A stretch of DNA of 64,000 nt, taken from Accumulibacter sp. (GTDB taxonomy: Bacteria > Pseudomonadota > Gammaproteobacteria > Burkholderiales > Rhodocyclaceae). Location of the stretch: NCBI GenBank assembly GCA_031266435.1, contig JAISAZ010000103.1, forward strand, positions 16,119 to 80,118, given 5' to 3'. The notes under the pieces are model-generated. The model searched no databases. It was not told where the DNA came from and saw nothing but the letters and a program-made list of their open reading frames with translations. This document shows positions 16,821 to 26,676 of this stretch, one piece after another. How positions within the stretch are numbered: position 1 is the stretch's first letter; each line of letters opens with the position of its first letter. The position numbers and the translations under genes are program-made.

Positions 16821-19800
16821 GCGTCGAGTCTGTTTTCGAGCAAATAGTGTTTTTTGACCCATTCGCGCAAGGCGTCGCCCTCGCGCGCGAGCGCGTCGGG
16901 GTCGGCGATCCTCTCAAGGATGGCGGCGATCCATTTGTCGGGGTCGTTCGGCAGGCGCGTGACCGGCGGGTTGTCGGTTCGGAAAGGGAAGATGTCGGAG
17001 CAGATCACCGGCCAGCCGAGAATGCCGAATTCGAGCAGGTGCAGATTGCTTTTGGCTTCGTTGAAGGGGTGGATTTCGAGCGGAGCGACCGCGAGGTCGA
17101 GGTTCAGCGAAGCGAGTTTTTCTGGGTAGGTAGGGAAGTCGTGGTGAAAATCGTGGAATTCGGCGACGTAGGGGCGAATTTCTTCAGGGATCATGCCGAA
17201 GAATATCCAGTCGGCGTCCTTGCACGTCGCCTTGACGACCTCCGTCAGGAATCGCAAATCGCCCGCGTGCTGCTGCGCACCCGTCCAGCCGATGCGCGGC
17301 TTGCGGCCTTGTCGGCGTTTCGATTGCAAATGCCCCCAAACCCGCCATTCCAAAGCGTTCGGAACGACGCGGATGTCGTCGATCATGGTACGGAAGGCTT
17401 CCGCGAGCGGTTCGGTACTGACGAGCAGACGGTCGCACGCACCAAGACCAAGATGTACTCTCTTTGTGAATTCGTCTCCAGATGCCATCGAATGCATGGG
17501 GTGATCTTCGGGGAGGCAGGTGAGCAGATCGTCGAGCGAATAGATGCGAAAAACGCCCGGATTGGATTCCTTATAGCTGAGGAGGGCCGCGTAACTGACC
17601 TCGTTGACAGGCGTGTGCATGACGAGCACGTCGGGCGCGAGGCGGTCGAGTTCGACGGGGGTTGGCGCACGCCGTGCTTGTCCCTCGTGCAACTGGCATA
17701 TGTCGGCGTAGTGCAACCGCCCCTGAAGGTTCAGCGCGCGCAGGGGCGCGACGCCGCGGTATTCCGCCGTTGCCGGAGGCGATACCGGGAGAAACAAAAC
17801 ACGCGGTCGGTCGTGAAAATCGGTATTCCACGGAACGACGAGTTCGTTTTCCAGAGTCAGCGCCATTTCCCATAAGCTGAGGTGGCGGTTCCACGCTGGG
17901 TCGCTGGAGAGACGATGTTTCCACCGCTTGATGAAATTTTCTGTTTCTTGAGCCATTTCAGCAAACGTGGCTTGTTCCATATCTTGGCTGCTTAGATGCT
18001 TGAATGAAGCGGAACCTTGATGGAGCAGCGTGGCGAAAGGCGTCCAGACGACGCGGTAGCCGAGTTCTCCGACCTTGAGACAGAGGTCGACGTCTTGGTG
18101 CTGGAGTTTGAGCAGGGGGTCAAGGCCGGCAACTTGGTGGAAAATCGACGCACGGACGAGCAGGCACGCGCCGGTGACTGCCGAGTATTCCTGGTCGACG
18201 AAAGTTCGATTCATATAGCTCGGCGCATCGTGAGGATGGAGCACGAAAATGTGGTTTGCTGTATTGAGGGGCGCCAAGCCGAGAACGACGCCAGCGTGTT
18301 GGATCTTCAGCGTTTCTGGAAAAAGGAGGCGCGCGCCGACAATGCCGACGTCGGGTCGCTGCGCGTGGCTCATCATCGCGTCGAGCCAGTTGGCGTCGAT
18401 GCATTCGGTGTCGTTGTTGAGGAGTAACAGGTATTCTCCCTCCGCCTGACGCGCCGCGCGGTTGTTCATCGCGGAGTAGTCGAAGTCGCCGGGCGTGGGG
18501 ACGATTTTTACACGGCCCGGAAATCGTGCGCGAAGCCTGTCGTAGTAGGCGTGGACCTTCGGGTCGTCACTGTCATTATCGGCGATCACGAGTTCCCAAT
18601 TCGGGTAGGTGGTCTTTTTGAACAGGCTTTCGACGCAGGGAGCGATGAGGTCGAGGCGGTTGCGCGTCGGGACGATGATCGAGACCTTCGGTTTTTCTTC
18701 GTGCAGATAGACGACGCTACGCGACCGAATCCTTGCGTCAGCGGTCAGTCCCGAAAGAATCGAGACGGGCGTTTTCCTGCGCTTGAAGTGTCGGCGCAAG
18801 GCTTCGGTCGCGCCCTCGTCGTCCGCGCCCATGCTTGCCGAGTCGCAAAGGTGAACGAGGATTTCCGGGATATGGCCGACGGCGGCTTCGCCGGACGCGT
18901 CGATCGCGCGCAAGAGGAGGTCGTAGGGCGCCGCACCGGGGATGGTGGAAAAGCCGCCAGCGCTGGCCAATGTATATTTTTCGATAAAAAAGCCGCCGAT
19001 GTAGTCGGTTGAACGCAGAAACTCCAGGTTGAGGTCGGGTTTGAAGCGCGGCGAGTGGAATTTCCCGTTGCGCGCAACGCAGTCGTCGTCGGCGTAGATC
19101 AGCTTCCACTGCGGGCGGATCGCGATGTAATCGCCGAGCGTCAGAAACGCGTCTTCGGAGAAACGCGTTCCGCACTCGAAAAAGCCGAACCAGTGCGTGG
19201 GCGATTCAGCGATGTACGCGTTAACGTGCTCGGCGAGTTCCTCCGGCGGGCAGCAGACCCAGCGAACGGGGCTGTCGCTTTGCGTGAATTCGGCTTCAGG
19301 CGAAGGGGTTTGCGCGAAGATGCCGAGGCGCCAGCCTGTGTAATACTGCCGCGCGAGGCTGTCGATGCTGTCGGCGAGCAGGGCTTCCTCGCCGGGATTC
19401 AGAATCAGCAGGATTTCGAACAGCGGTGGCGTTTTCCAGAGGTTTTCCGCGCGTTCGCGGCGGAGCGTCTCGAAGAGCGGGTCTTCGAGGCGGCGTTCGC
19501 GCCAGCGCCAGTAGTCGAGCAGGAAAGCCGCCTGCACCTCCTCGCCTCGGTTTTCGAGCGTCGCGCGCCCGGTAAGCGCGGTTTCGATCCATTCGCGTAC
19601 GCCGATGGCTTCGGGAAAGCGCTCGATATAGCGCTCGAGCAGAGGGACAGCTTCGGCGAAACGATCCGATTCTGTCAAGAGTTTTGCCAGCTTCAGGTTC
19701 TCGCGGACCGGCTCGCCGGCTCTTTCTTCGGCACGTTGATACCAAGAGATCGCGAGCGCCTTGTTGCCCATTTTTTCAGCGTAATCACCGAGGCGGTCGT

Positions 19801-21259
19801 AAACTTTCCAGTCGCAATCTTTTCGCTCGGCCAAGCGCCCCAGTCTTTCGATATTTGCCTTCCAGTAAGCGGGATGGTTTCCTATCGGGAGTACCATCGA
19901 AATGAAGATTTCGGGTTCCTCGCCCATCAAGCCAAGCCGATACGCGCCATCACGCAACAGAGCGAAATTGATTCTGGCTTCCTCCGGGATGCCGGGGTCT
20001 CTTTGCTGTTGCTCGGGATGGATACGGAAACACGAGAGCGTTGCCGGGACGTAGGCAGCGTTCCCCTTGGAGAGCAGGTTACACCATATCGCATGATCGC
20101 GGACAACAAGAATGCGATCGTGCCCTGCAAACGCCATGAAGTGAGGTTTGTTCGACGCGAGTTCGGATTTTCTGAAAAGCGGCGTAGTTGGTTCGCCGAT
20201 AAAATTGTATGCGGATATAAGGAGACCCGCAGCGAGCGCCGTTCCTTCGAAAACGCAGTCATCTGTGGAAAGCGGAAGGCTGTCAACCCGATCGGGAAGC
20301 GCACGGTCGTCGGCGTCGATCAACGCTCTTTTTGAAAACGCGAGCGTGATGTCGGGGTACTTCCGAAAGCCCTCCAAGAGGCGTTCGACGCAATCCGGCG
20401 CGAGAGTGTCGTCGTCGTTCAGGAATTTGATGAATTCGCCGTTCGACGCGGTGAAACAGAGAGCATGATTTTCACATCCGGAGTTATCTACCCTATTTGG
20501 ATTTCTGAGGTAACGGACTCGCGGATCCGCTTCGAATTTTTTGACGATTTCTTCGATTCCCTTATCCGGGCAATCGTCACAGATCACGATCTCGATGTTT
20601 TTCCAGGTTTGCGCGATGGCGCTTTTCAGCGCTTTCTCGAAATATTTCGGCTTGTACGCGGGAATCGTGACGCTGACGAGCGGAACAGCGTCAGCGGCAA
20701 GGCGCCGGTCGGACTTGATAAATTCCAGGATCAGGTCCGATTCGGCGCGGTATTCGAGGTTTCTGAGCGCCTCGTGCGTACTTTCGCCGATCCGGCAACG
20801 CTCGGTAAAGGTGAATCCTGCGATTTCCGCGACGCGCCGCAATTCTTCCTCGTCGTAGACGAATTTATGCCCCCACTCGCGCATAGCGACATTCAACGCC
20901 TCGCAACGCGTTTTGACCCAAGGAAGGCCAAACGCGGCGAAACCTTCATGAAGACGATTGCTCTGGTAAGCGGCGACCGTTCCTTCCAGGCCAGGGGTCG
21001 CAAGGCGGAGGATTCCGCCGGTTTTCAGGACGCGCCGCACTTCGCGCAGGAGGCGCAAACCCTCGCGCCGGTCGAGGTGTTCGATGAAATGCTCGCTGAA
21101 AACGGTGTCGCAACTCGCGTCGGGGAAGGGGAGACCCTTTCGTACGTCGATTTGCAGGTCGACGCCCGGAATCGCGTCGATATTGACGAAACCGGGGAGT
21201 ATCCGGCTCCCGCAGCCCAAGTGTAGCCGGAGCGGCGTGCTGTTTTCCTTGATATTCAT
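16793..21259 (-). CDS. Multidomain flagellin glycosyltransferase: class I methyltransferase + GT2 + TPR + GT2 + GT4-like
   Basis: LHLGCG..DVRKGLPFPDASCDTVFSEHFIEHL; LVSVTIPAYK..IVICDD..KFLNDDD; VSIIVPTR..FDYSAMNN..LLLLNND..SAVTGACLL; C-terminal IGWTG..LDLAVAPL..FNEAKSNL.LLEFG. Confidence 0.88.
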   Translation of the reverse strand: MNIKENSTPLRLHLGCGSRILPGFVNIDAIPGVDLQIDVRKGLPFPDASCDTVFSEHFIEHLDRREGLRLLREVRRVLKTGGILRLATPGLEGTVAAYQSNRLHEGFAAFGLPWVKTRCEALNVAMREWGHKFVYDEEELRRVAEIAGFTFTERCRIGESTHEALRNLEYRAESDLILEFIKSDRRLAADAVPLVSVTIPAYKPKYFEKALKSAIAQTWKNIEIVICDDCPDKGIEEIVKKFEADPRVRYLRNPNRVDNSGCENHALCFTASNGEFIKFLNDDDTLAPDCVERLLEGFRKYPDITLAFSKRALIDADDRALPDRVDSLPLSTDDCVFEGTALAAGLLISAYNFIGEPTTPLFRKSELASNKPHFMAFAGHDRILVVRDHAIWCNLLSKGNAAYVPATLSCFRIHPEQQQRDPGIPEEARINFALLRDGAYRLGLMGEEPEIFISMVLPIGNHPAYWKANIERLGRLAERKDCDWKVYDRLGDYAEKMGNKALAISWYQRAEERAGEPVRENLKLAKLLTESDRFAEAVPLLERYIERFPEAIGVREWIETALTGRATLENRGEEVQAAFLLDYWRWRERRLEDPLFETLRRERAENLWKTPPLFEILLILNPGEEALLADSIDSLARQYYTGWRLGIFAQTPSPEAEFTQSDSPVRWVCCPPEELAEHVNAYIAESPTHWFGFFECGTRFSEDAFLTLGDYIAIRPQWKLIYADDDCVARNGKFHSPRFKPDLNLEFLRSTDYIGGFFIEKYTLASAGGFSTIPGAAPYDLLLRAIDASGEAAVGHIPEILVHLCDSASMGADDEGATEALRRHFKRRKTPVSILSGLTADARIRSRSVVYLHEEKPKVSIIVPTRNRLDLIAPCVESLFKKTTYPNWELVIADNDSDDPKVHAYYDRLRARFPGRVKIVPTPGDFDYSAMNNRAARQAEGEYLLLLNNDTECIDANWLDAMMSHAQRPDVGIVGARLLFPETLKIQHAGVVLGLAPLNTANHIFVLHPHDAPSYMNRTFVDQEYSAVTGACLLVRASIFHQVAGLDPLLKLQHQDVDLCLKVGELGYRVVWTPFATLLHQGSASFKHLSSQDMEQATFAEMAQETENFIKRWKHRLSSDPAWNRHLSLWEMALTLENELVVPWNTDFHDRPRVLFLPVSPPATAEYRGVAPLRALNLQGRLHYADICQLHEGQARRAPTPVELDRLAPDVLVMHTPVNEVSYAALLSYKESNPGVFRIYSLDDLLTCLPEDHPMHSMASGDEFTKRVHLGLGACDRLLVSTEPLAEAFRTMIDDIRVVPNALEWRVWGHLQSKRRQGRKPRIGWTGAQQHAGDLRFLTEVVKATCKDADWIFFGMIPEEIRPYVAEFHDFHHDFPTYPEKLASLNLDLAVAPLEIHPFNEAKSNLHLLEFGILGWPVICSDIFPFRTDNPPVTRLPNDPDKWIAAILERIADPDALAREGDALREWVKKHYLLENRLDAWMDALSTT

Positions 21260-21484
21260 GAATCCTCGCTCTGATAAAGTGGCGATTGACGTTTGAGCTT
21301 ACCCTGTGAATTCTCGTTGAAGGGACGAGAAAACCGGCAAAGTATACTATTTATACTATTCAATGCGTAAAACCGAATGGACATCTGCTGCTAGAAATGT
21401 CAATTAGATAAATAAGTCTGCTATTGCACGTGAGTGTATGTCTTTCCTTCTGGGCGACGGTGGAAAATCCACGCTGGGCGCAGA

Positions 21485-22120
21485 TCAGAGTCCGATTTCC
21501 CGCGCGGGGTTTCCGAAAACCTTTTCTCCTGCCTTGACGCGCTTCAAGACGACGCTACCGGCGCCGACGTAAGCGTCGTCCTCGATCACAACGCCCGGCG
21601 CAATGGCGACATTGCCGCCGATAAAAACACGGTGGCCTATCGAAACGCGGCCCATAATATTACAATACGATGAAATCGTACAGTAGTCGCCTACGGTCAC
21701 GTCGTGTCCCAGACCGCATGTAAGAAAACTCGGGAAGTTTCCGACGCTAACGTTTACCGTCATGCCGAATCCGCCGTAAACAACGGCGCCTTCGCCGAGT
21801 GTATTGTGCCGTCCGAGATAGGCGTAAGGGTGGACGACGGATTCAAAAACCGCGCCGCGCGCTTTCAGCGTCGTCGAAATCCTTTCCTTGGCGGCGGGGT
21901 TGGCAATAGCCATGACAAGCGCTTCATTCTTTTTCGGTATGTAATCGTCGATTGTCCCGACGACAGAATAATCGCACGCTTTGCCCCGTAGCGGGTCTTC
22001 GGTGTCGTCGAGGAAGCCCTTTATGTTCCAGCGTTGCCCTTGGGTGGCGTGAATGTCGAGCATCAGGTTCAAGACTTCACGCCCGAAGCCGCCCGCACCG
22101 AGTATGTATATATCCTTCAT
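21485..22120 (-). CDS. NeuD/PglD-like sugar acetyltransferase (left-handed beta-helix)
   Basis: IYILGAGGFGREV N-terminal domain, hexapeptide repeats, GAGSVV..VFGNPAR. Confidence 0.88.
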   Translation of the reverse strand: MKDIYILGAGGFGREVLNLMLDIHATQGQRWNIKGFLDDTEDPLRGKACDYSVVGTIDDYIPKKNEALVMAIANPAAKERISTTLKARGAVFESVVHPYAYLGRHNTLGEGAVVYGGFGMTVNVSVGNFPSFLTCGLGHDVTVGDYCTISSYCNIMGRVSIGHRVFIGGNVAIAPGVVIEDDAYVGAGSVVLKRVKAGEKVFGNPAREIGL

Positions 22121-22139
22121 TGGGTTTATTCATTTCCAA

Positions 22140-22997
22140 TTATCTTACACTGACGATTCTACCTTCCCTTCGATAGGTCGTATCTTTTAAGTTCGTGTCG
22201 AACTTCCCGTCAGTCAAGCAAAAAATATCCGTATCAAGCAGCCGGGAAATTGTTTCATAAGAATCCTTTTCATCGAAGCAGCAAAGTGCGCTGTCACCGA
22301 CGTTTTCGCTACGTAATTGCCTTTTTTTCACCATCGCATCGTATACGACGAACTTGGGGTTCAAGTTGCAATTCGCGTAGGTCGAGTAGAGGAAGGCTTT
22401 TCGGTTCTTGCTTTCCCGGCCATCTTCGTCTATCACGGTTCCAACGAATTTTCTGTCGTACCTGTACGGAACACCTAGGACAGCCTCGGCATAATGCGTG
22501 TAGGTGAAGCACGCGCGCATATCCGCGCCAAAGAATAGAAATTTGACATTTTTCCCACAATTGCGCAAGCGATCGTAGTTTGAATCTTGACCGATGGAAT
22601 ATTCGCTCAAATCGTCCACAAGATTCAGTTTGTCTCCGAGAACATAGACAGAGAGCAGGGGATCGTGAGTGCGGGCGCCGCGACCTGTTTTTCGGACGTA
22701 TTCATTGAGCGCACCCATCGGGGTTTTGCTGTTTTGCACGTCATAAGCTTCGTCATTGCAAAAGCTGAAAGTGAATGTGGGGAAAACGAGCGTGGCAACG
22801 CGTAGTTCTTCGATGATTCGCAGCAACGAAGCGAGCAAGTCTCCGCGCCTGATTCCTTTTGCGGGTAGCCCGAAAGTCATGTCCGTGTGGATGTAGAGAA
22901 CATCGCATTCGCCTGCCTGTATTCTCTTGAGTTTTTCGAGCATCTTCGACGAACTCACGCCACCCCGATTGCTGTGGAACAAGACTTCATTTTGCAT
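22140..22997 (-). CDS. AAC(3)/YokD-family N-acyltransferase (start at ATG 22997)
   Basis: DVLYIHTDM, TLVFPTFTFSF, MGALNEYVRK, RTHDPLLSV, FTYTHYAE..LGVPYRY motifs. Confidence 0.85.
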   Translation of the reverse strand: MQNEVLFHSNRGGVSSSKMLEKLKRIQAGECDVLYIHTDMTFGLPAKGIRRGDLLASLLRIIEELRVATLVFPTFTFSFCNDEAYDVQNSKTPMGALNEYVRKTGRGARTHDPLLSVYVLGDKLNLVDDLSEYSIGQDSNYDRLRNCGKNVKFLFFGADMRACFTYTHYAEAVLGVPYRYDRKFVGTVIDEDGRESKNRKAFLYSTYANCNLNPKFVVYDAMVKKRQLRSENVGDSALCCFDEKDSYETISRLLDTDIFCLTDGKFDTNLKDTTYRREGRIVSVR

Positions 22998-23017
22998 GGT
23001 GTTATCCCTTTGTGAAA

Positions 23018-23764
23018 TCAGAGTTTCGGAAAGCGCTCTCCGCCGTCTACGTTGATGATCTGCCCTGTGAGGTAGCACGCGTCCTCCGAAAGCAAAAAGC
23101 GTGCGACCCTAGCGACATCTTCGACGGCTCCTGGTAGTAACAGCGTGGGCGGTGCCCATTCTGCGTCGTCGGACGTATCGGCGAAAAGCGTTTGTATAAT
23201 CCGCGTTTTGAACGACCCTGGCGCGATGGCGTTTACACGCACGCTGGGCGCGAGTTCGTTGGCGAGTGCGACCGTCAGCGCGTTGATAGCGCCCTTGCTC
23301 GCGCAATAGTGTGCCTGATGTTTTTTTCCGACAGTGGCCACGATGCTGCTTGTGAGGACGATCGCTTCAAGGCGACCGGCGTTGACCCTGCGCTTCAGGA
23401 GCGTACTGATGATTTCCGTCGCCGAAAAGTAATTGATATTCATTACTTGCAGACCGACGCTGTACTTCGTTTTGGATATCGGCAGTACTTCGGTTATTCC
23501 AGTGAAATGCGCGAAGGCTTCTACGCCTACGCCTTCTTCCCTCAGGAATGCCCCAAGTGTTGCCGCGAGGCCATCGGCTTTTTCCAGGTCGTAGGGGAAA
23601 AGGAGTACCTGGTTGCCGTGCTCTGCACAGGCATCGCCGACCGCAGCGAGTCGTGCTTCGTCGCGTCCATTCAGGATGAGGTTACGATCAAGGCTCAGCA
23701 GCTTTGCGGTAGCCTCACCCATGCCGGAGGAGGCGCCGGTAATGAATGTGAAAGATTGATTCAA
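23018..23764 (-). CDS. Short-chain dehydrogenase/reductase (FabG-like)
   Basis: ITGASSGMG, YCASKG, VNAIAPG, YLTGQIINVDGG. Confidence 0.9.
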   Translation of the reverse strand: MNQSFTFITGASSGMGEATAKLLSLDRNLILNGRDEARLAAVGDACAEHGNQVLLFPYDLEKADGLAATLGAFLREEGVGVEAFAHFTGITEVLPISKTKYSVGLQVMNINYFSATEIISTLLKRRVNAGRLEAIVLTSSIVATVGKKHQAHYCASKGAINALTVALANELAPSVRVNAIAPGSFKTRIIQTLFADTSDDAEWAPPTLLLPGAVEDVARVARFLLSEDACYLTGQIINVDGGERFPKL

Positions 23765-23803
23765 GATTGAATCCTCAATGAATGAAGTTGTAGGCTAGCT
23801 TTT

Positions 23804-25052
23804 TTACGTCCGCAACTTCATGCGCTCTGGCGGAATGGCATAGCAAATCACCTCATCCCCCCAATTCGTGTAAGCGCGCAAAACAAATTTGTAATCGGGA
23901 ACGATGTGTTTTATGAATAATGGTAGATCGTAAAGGTCGTACGGGTGATGATAGACAGAAATGGCAAGGACGGGGCGGTCTCTGCTGATTAATTCGGATG
24001 CGCCGTGTAATGCGTGTGCTTCGAAGCCTTGGATGTCCATTTTTATAAGCGTTACCGGATTTTCGCCGCTCAGGCGGTTGTCCAAGGGAATACATGGTAT
24101 TTTGCCCCCCCCCCCCCCTAACATCGCTACGCTCTTCAAGGGTAACGAAGGAAGAAGACCCCATATCCTCTGGATTAAGATATACGGTCCCATCCTCTGA
24201 ACCTACCGCGCTGTGCAAAACAGTAACCTTAGCCTGGATGTTGTTGGGCAAAGTTTCTAATGTCTCACGCAATCCCTTGATGTTTCGCTCGTCGGGTTCG
24301 ATGGCGATATATTTTTTGAAAGAACGAGCGGAATCCATCTTTAGGTATTGCAAAAGCGTATCTCCAGTGAATGCGCCGCAATCGACGAAAACATCGTTCT
24401 CTATGCTCGTGTATACATCATCAAAATATTGAAGCTCAGGATCGCTGGCTGGTATGAAAGCGTCCGAATTTAGAAGATAGCGCTTCAATACGGACGTAAA
24501 GACTGCCTTGGAATGGAAATCGCAGAAAAGATCATAGGCTTGCTTGGTTTTGACCCTGTTCCTTTGAGATGCAAATATGTCGGTTTTGCGATAGAAATCA
24601 TAATTTTTTGTTTTTTTGGAACCATATGGAAGGAAGTCGCCCAATTGCCTAAAATTTATGATTATGTTCTTTGCGTCATGAGGAAAAAATTGTGCAATTT
24701 CAGCATACGATTTTTCAGCGCGGTCATTGAGTTCGCAAATGACAAAGAGCGCTCGCGGCGCCTTGAGCAAAGCTTCGCGTAGGGGGAGGGTATCCTGCTC
24801 GTCACGTGGGCTGTCCGAAAGAGAGCAATGCGTTGAAATTTTCGGTTCATGGCTTTCATCGCTCACCGTTATTGGAATTTCAGGGAGGGTCTCCTTCATG
24901 AGAGAAAATATAACGTTTGAGTGGTAATTGGCCGGGTAAAGAATCACGCCAGACTTACTTTTCCACTCGTCGCCATATTTTTGTTTGGTGAAACGCGATG
25001 AGTCTAACATAGTGTTGTCATAAATTTTGAAAAGTTGCTCTATATTGCACAT
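23804..25052 (-). pseudogene. FkbM-family methyltransferase, frameshifted at a G14 tract (probable phase-variable OFF state)
   Basis: Frame 1 has FVDCGAFTGDT..IAIEPDERN..AVG; after the tract the FkbM C-terminus (LIKMDIQGFE..ALHGA..RPVLAISVYH) is in another frame. G13 or G16 would give one ~415-aa ORF. Confidence 0.88.
24105..24118 (-). repeat. Homopolymer tract C14 (G14 on coding strand)
   Basis: Direct count TTTG-C14-TAAC; the longest homopolymer I noticed in the window. Confidence 0.9.
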
Positions 25053-25056
25053 GACT

Positions 25057-26598
25057 TTACCTTCCGGGTGTATGCATTCTGTCGTGAAGGGGCAGGGTTT
25101 CCTTGAGCGTAAAGCGGTCGATTTTTCCGTTGACGTTACGCGGCATCTCGCTTAGGTGGATGTACTCTGTTGGAAGCATGTAACGGGGGAGGGTTTCTCC
25201 AAGGCGAAGCCTGAGCGATTTTTCATCGAGAGTTACGCGCGCTTCATAAAAGAGGACGATTTTTTTATCCCTGTAAAAAACGCAGCAATTCCTTACTTCG
25301 GCAACCGCGCTTATAGCGGCATGTTCAATTTCCGCAAGCTCAATTCGGTATCCTTGGTGCTTTATCAGAGTATCCTTGCGCCCTTTGAATACGATTTCGC
25401 CGTAGTCATTCACGTATACGATATCGCCGGTCCTGTAGATTATCTCGGGATAGCATCCGTTCAAAGGGTTCTGAACGAAGACCTCGGCTGTTTTTTCGGG
25501 AGCGTTGTAGTAACCAAGGGCGAGTGAAGACCCCAAAACGCACAGTTCTCCCTCTTCACCGGTTTTTGCCAGTTCGTTCGATCCGTTCAGAATGAGAATG
25601 TCGACGTTCTTTCTCGGAAATCCTATCGGGATCGGCTCGTCATTTGCAAGCTCACGTTCTATTTTGTAATAGGTGCAGTCGACGGTTATTTCCGTCGGAC
25701 CGTACAGGTTGACAAAAATGGCGGTGGGGAAGGCGGCGCGCCAGTAATTAAATTGCCGCGTTGGAAAGACTTCACCCGCGAACCAGATCGTTTTCAAAGG
25801 GGGGGGCACTGCTTCGTCGAATAGCTTCATATTTGCGATATTGACCATGATGGTCGGCACCCAAAAAATGAAACTGACACTGTGCGTTTTCAGGAGTCCG
25901 AGTATTTTTACCGGAAAGGCTGAAAGAGACGGAGGGATCAGGAGCAATGAGACACCGTGTATGAAAAGAAGGCATATTTCGTATACATAGTGATCGAAGA
26001 CGACGGGAGAAAGGACTCCAAGAACCTCTTCATGCGAGAGCGAGAAGGTGTCTATCGCCCAGCGTGTATAGTCCAGAAAACCGCGCTGATGCAAAACAAC
26101 GCCCTTCGGTGTCCCCGTCGATCCCGATGTATTGATGATGCAGAACATTTTGGAATCCGCCGTACAAGAGACGATGTTCGAGGATTCTTCCATCGCATCT
26201 GGTTGTGCGAGGATTTCTTCCATGCAAAGAATGATTTGCTCTTTCAAACGAATTTTAAATATATGATCATATAATTTCCGCGTCGTCAATATCAGCGGTG
26301 GTGCAACGTTTTCCAGAATCCTGCGTATTCGTTCGTGTGGAATGCTTACATCCAGATTCATGAAAGCATTTCCGCTGTAAATGATACCCAAGTCGGCGAC
26401 GACAGTTTCTGCGGATTTGGACAGATAAACGGCGATGGGTCTATTGGAAACTTCTGTATTGGACAAAGCGTGAGAAATGGCGAGAGCTTTTTTTCTGAGT
26501 TCTCGGAAAGTAACGTGCCGCTCACCGTCGATAATCGCCGTCTTCTCTGGAAATGTGGCGACTGTTTCTTCAAAGTGTTCAATAATATTCGTTTTCAT
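25057..26598 (-). CDS. Stand-alone adenylation (AMP-binding) enzyme, DltA/NRPS A-domain-like
   Basis: IINTSGSTGTPKGV, NLYGPTE, YRTGD, GRKDTLIKHQGYRIELAEIE, NGKIDR. Confidence 0.92.
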   Translation of the reverse strand: MKTNIIEHFEETVATFPEKTAIIDGERHVTFRELRKKALAISHALSNTEVSNRPIAVYLSKSAETVVADLGIIYSGNAFMNLDVSIPHERIRRILENVAPPLILTTRKLYDHIFKIRLKEQIILCMEEILAQPDAMEESSNIVSCTADSKMFCIINTSGSTGTPKGVVLHQRGFLDYTRWAIDTFSLSHEEVLGVLSPVVFDHYVYEICLLFIHGVSLLLIPPSLSAFPVKILGLLKTHSVSFIFWVPTIMVNIANMKLFDEAVPPPLKTIWFAGEVFPTRQFNYWRAAFPTAIFVNLYGPTEITVDCTYYKIERELANDEPIPIGFPRKNVDILILNGSNELAKTGEEGELCVLGSSLALGYYNAPEKTAEVFVQNPLNGCYPEIIYRTGDIVYVNDYGEIVFKGRKDTLIKHQGYRIELAEIEHAAISAVAEVRNCCVFYRDKKIVLFYEARVTLDEKSLRLRLGETLPRYMLPTEYIHLSEMPRNVNGKIDRFTLKETLPLHDRMHTPGR

Positions 26599-26676
26599 GG
26601 TGTGCGAATATTTAAAGTCGCGTGTTGTGGGAGCAGGCCAATTGCTTTTGGGAATGTGTTACTCCAGTATTGAAGT

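Noticed and set aside
22140-22997. Aminoglycoside resistance gene call for the AAC(3)-family ORF
   Set aside because: Embedded in an ACP/KAS III/sugar operon; the family includes non-resistance acyltransferases, so a biosynthetic role is more likely. MIC testing would settle it.
25799-25806. G8 run in the adenylation gene as a second phase-variation site
   Set aside because: Short, in frame (PPP codons) and the gene is intact.
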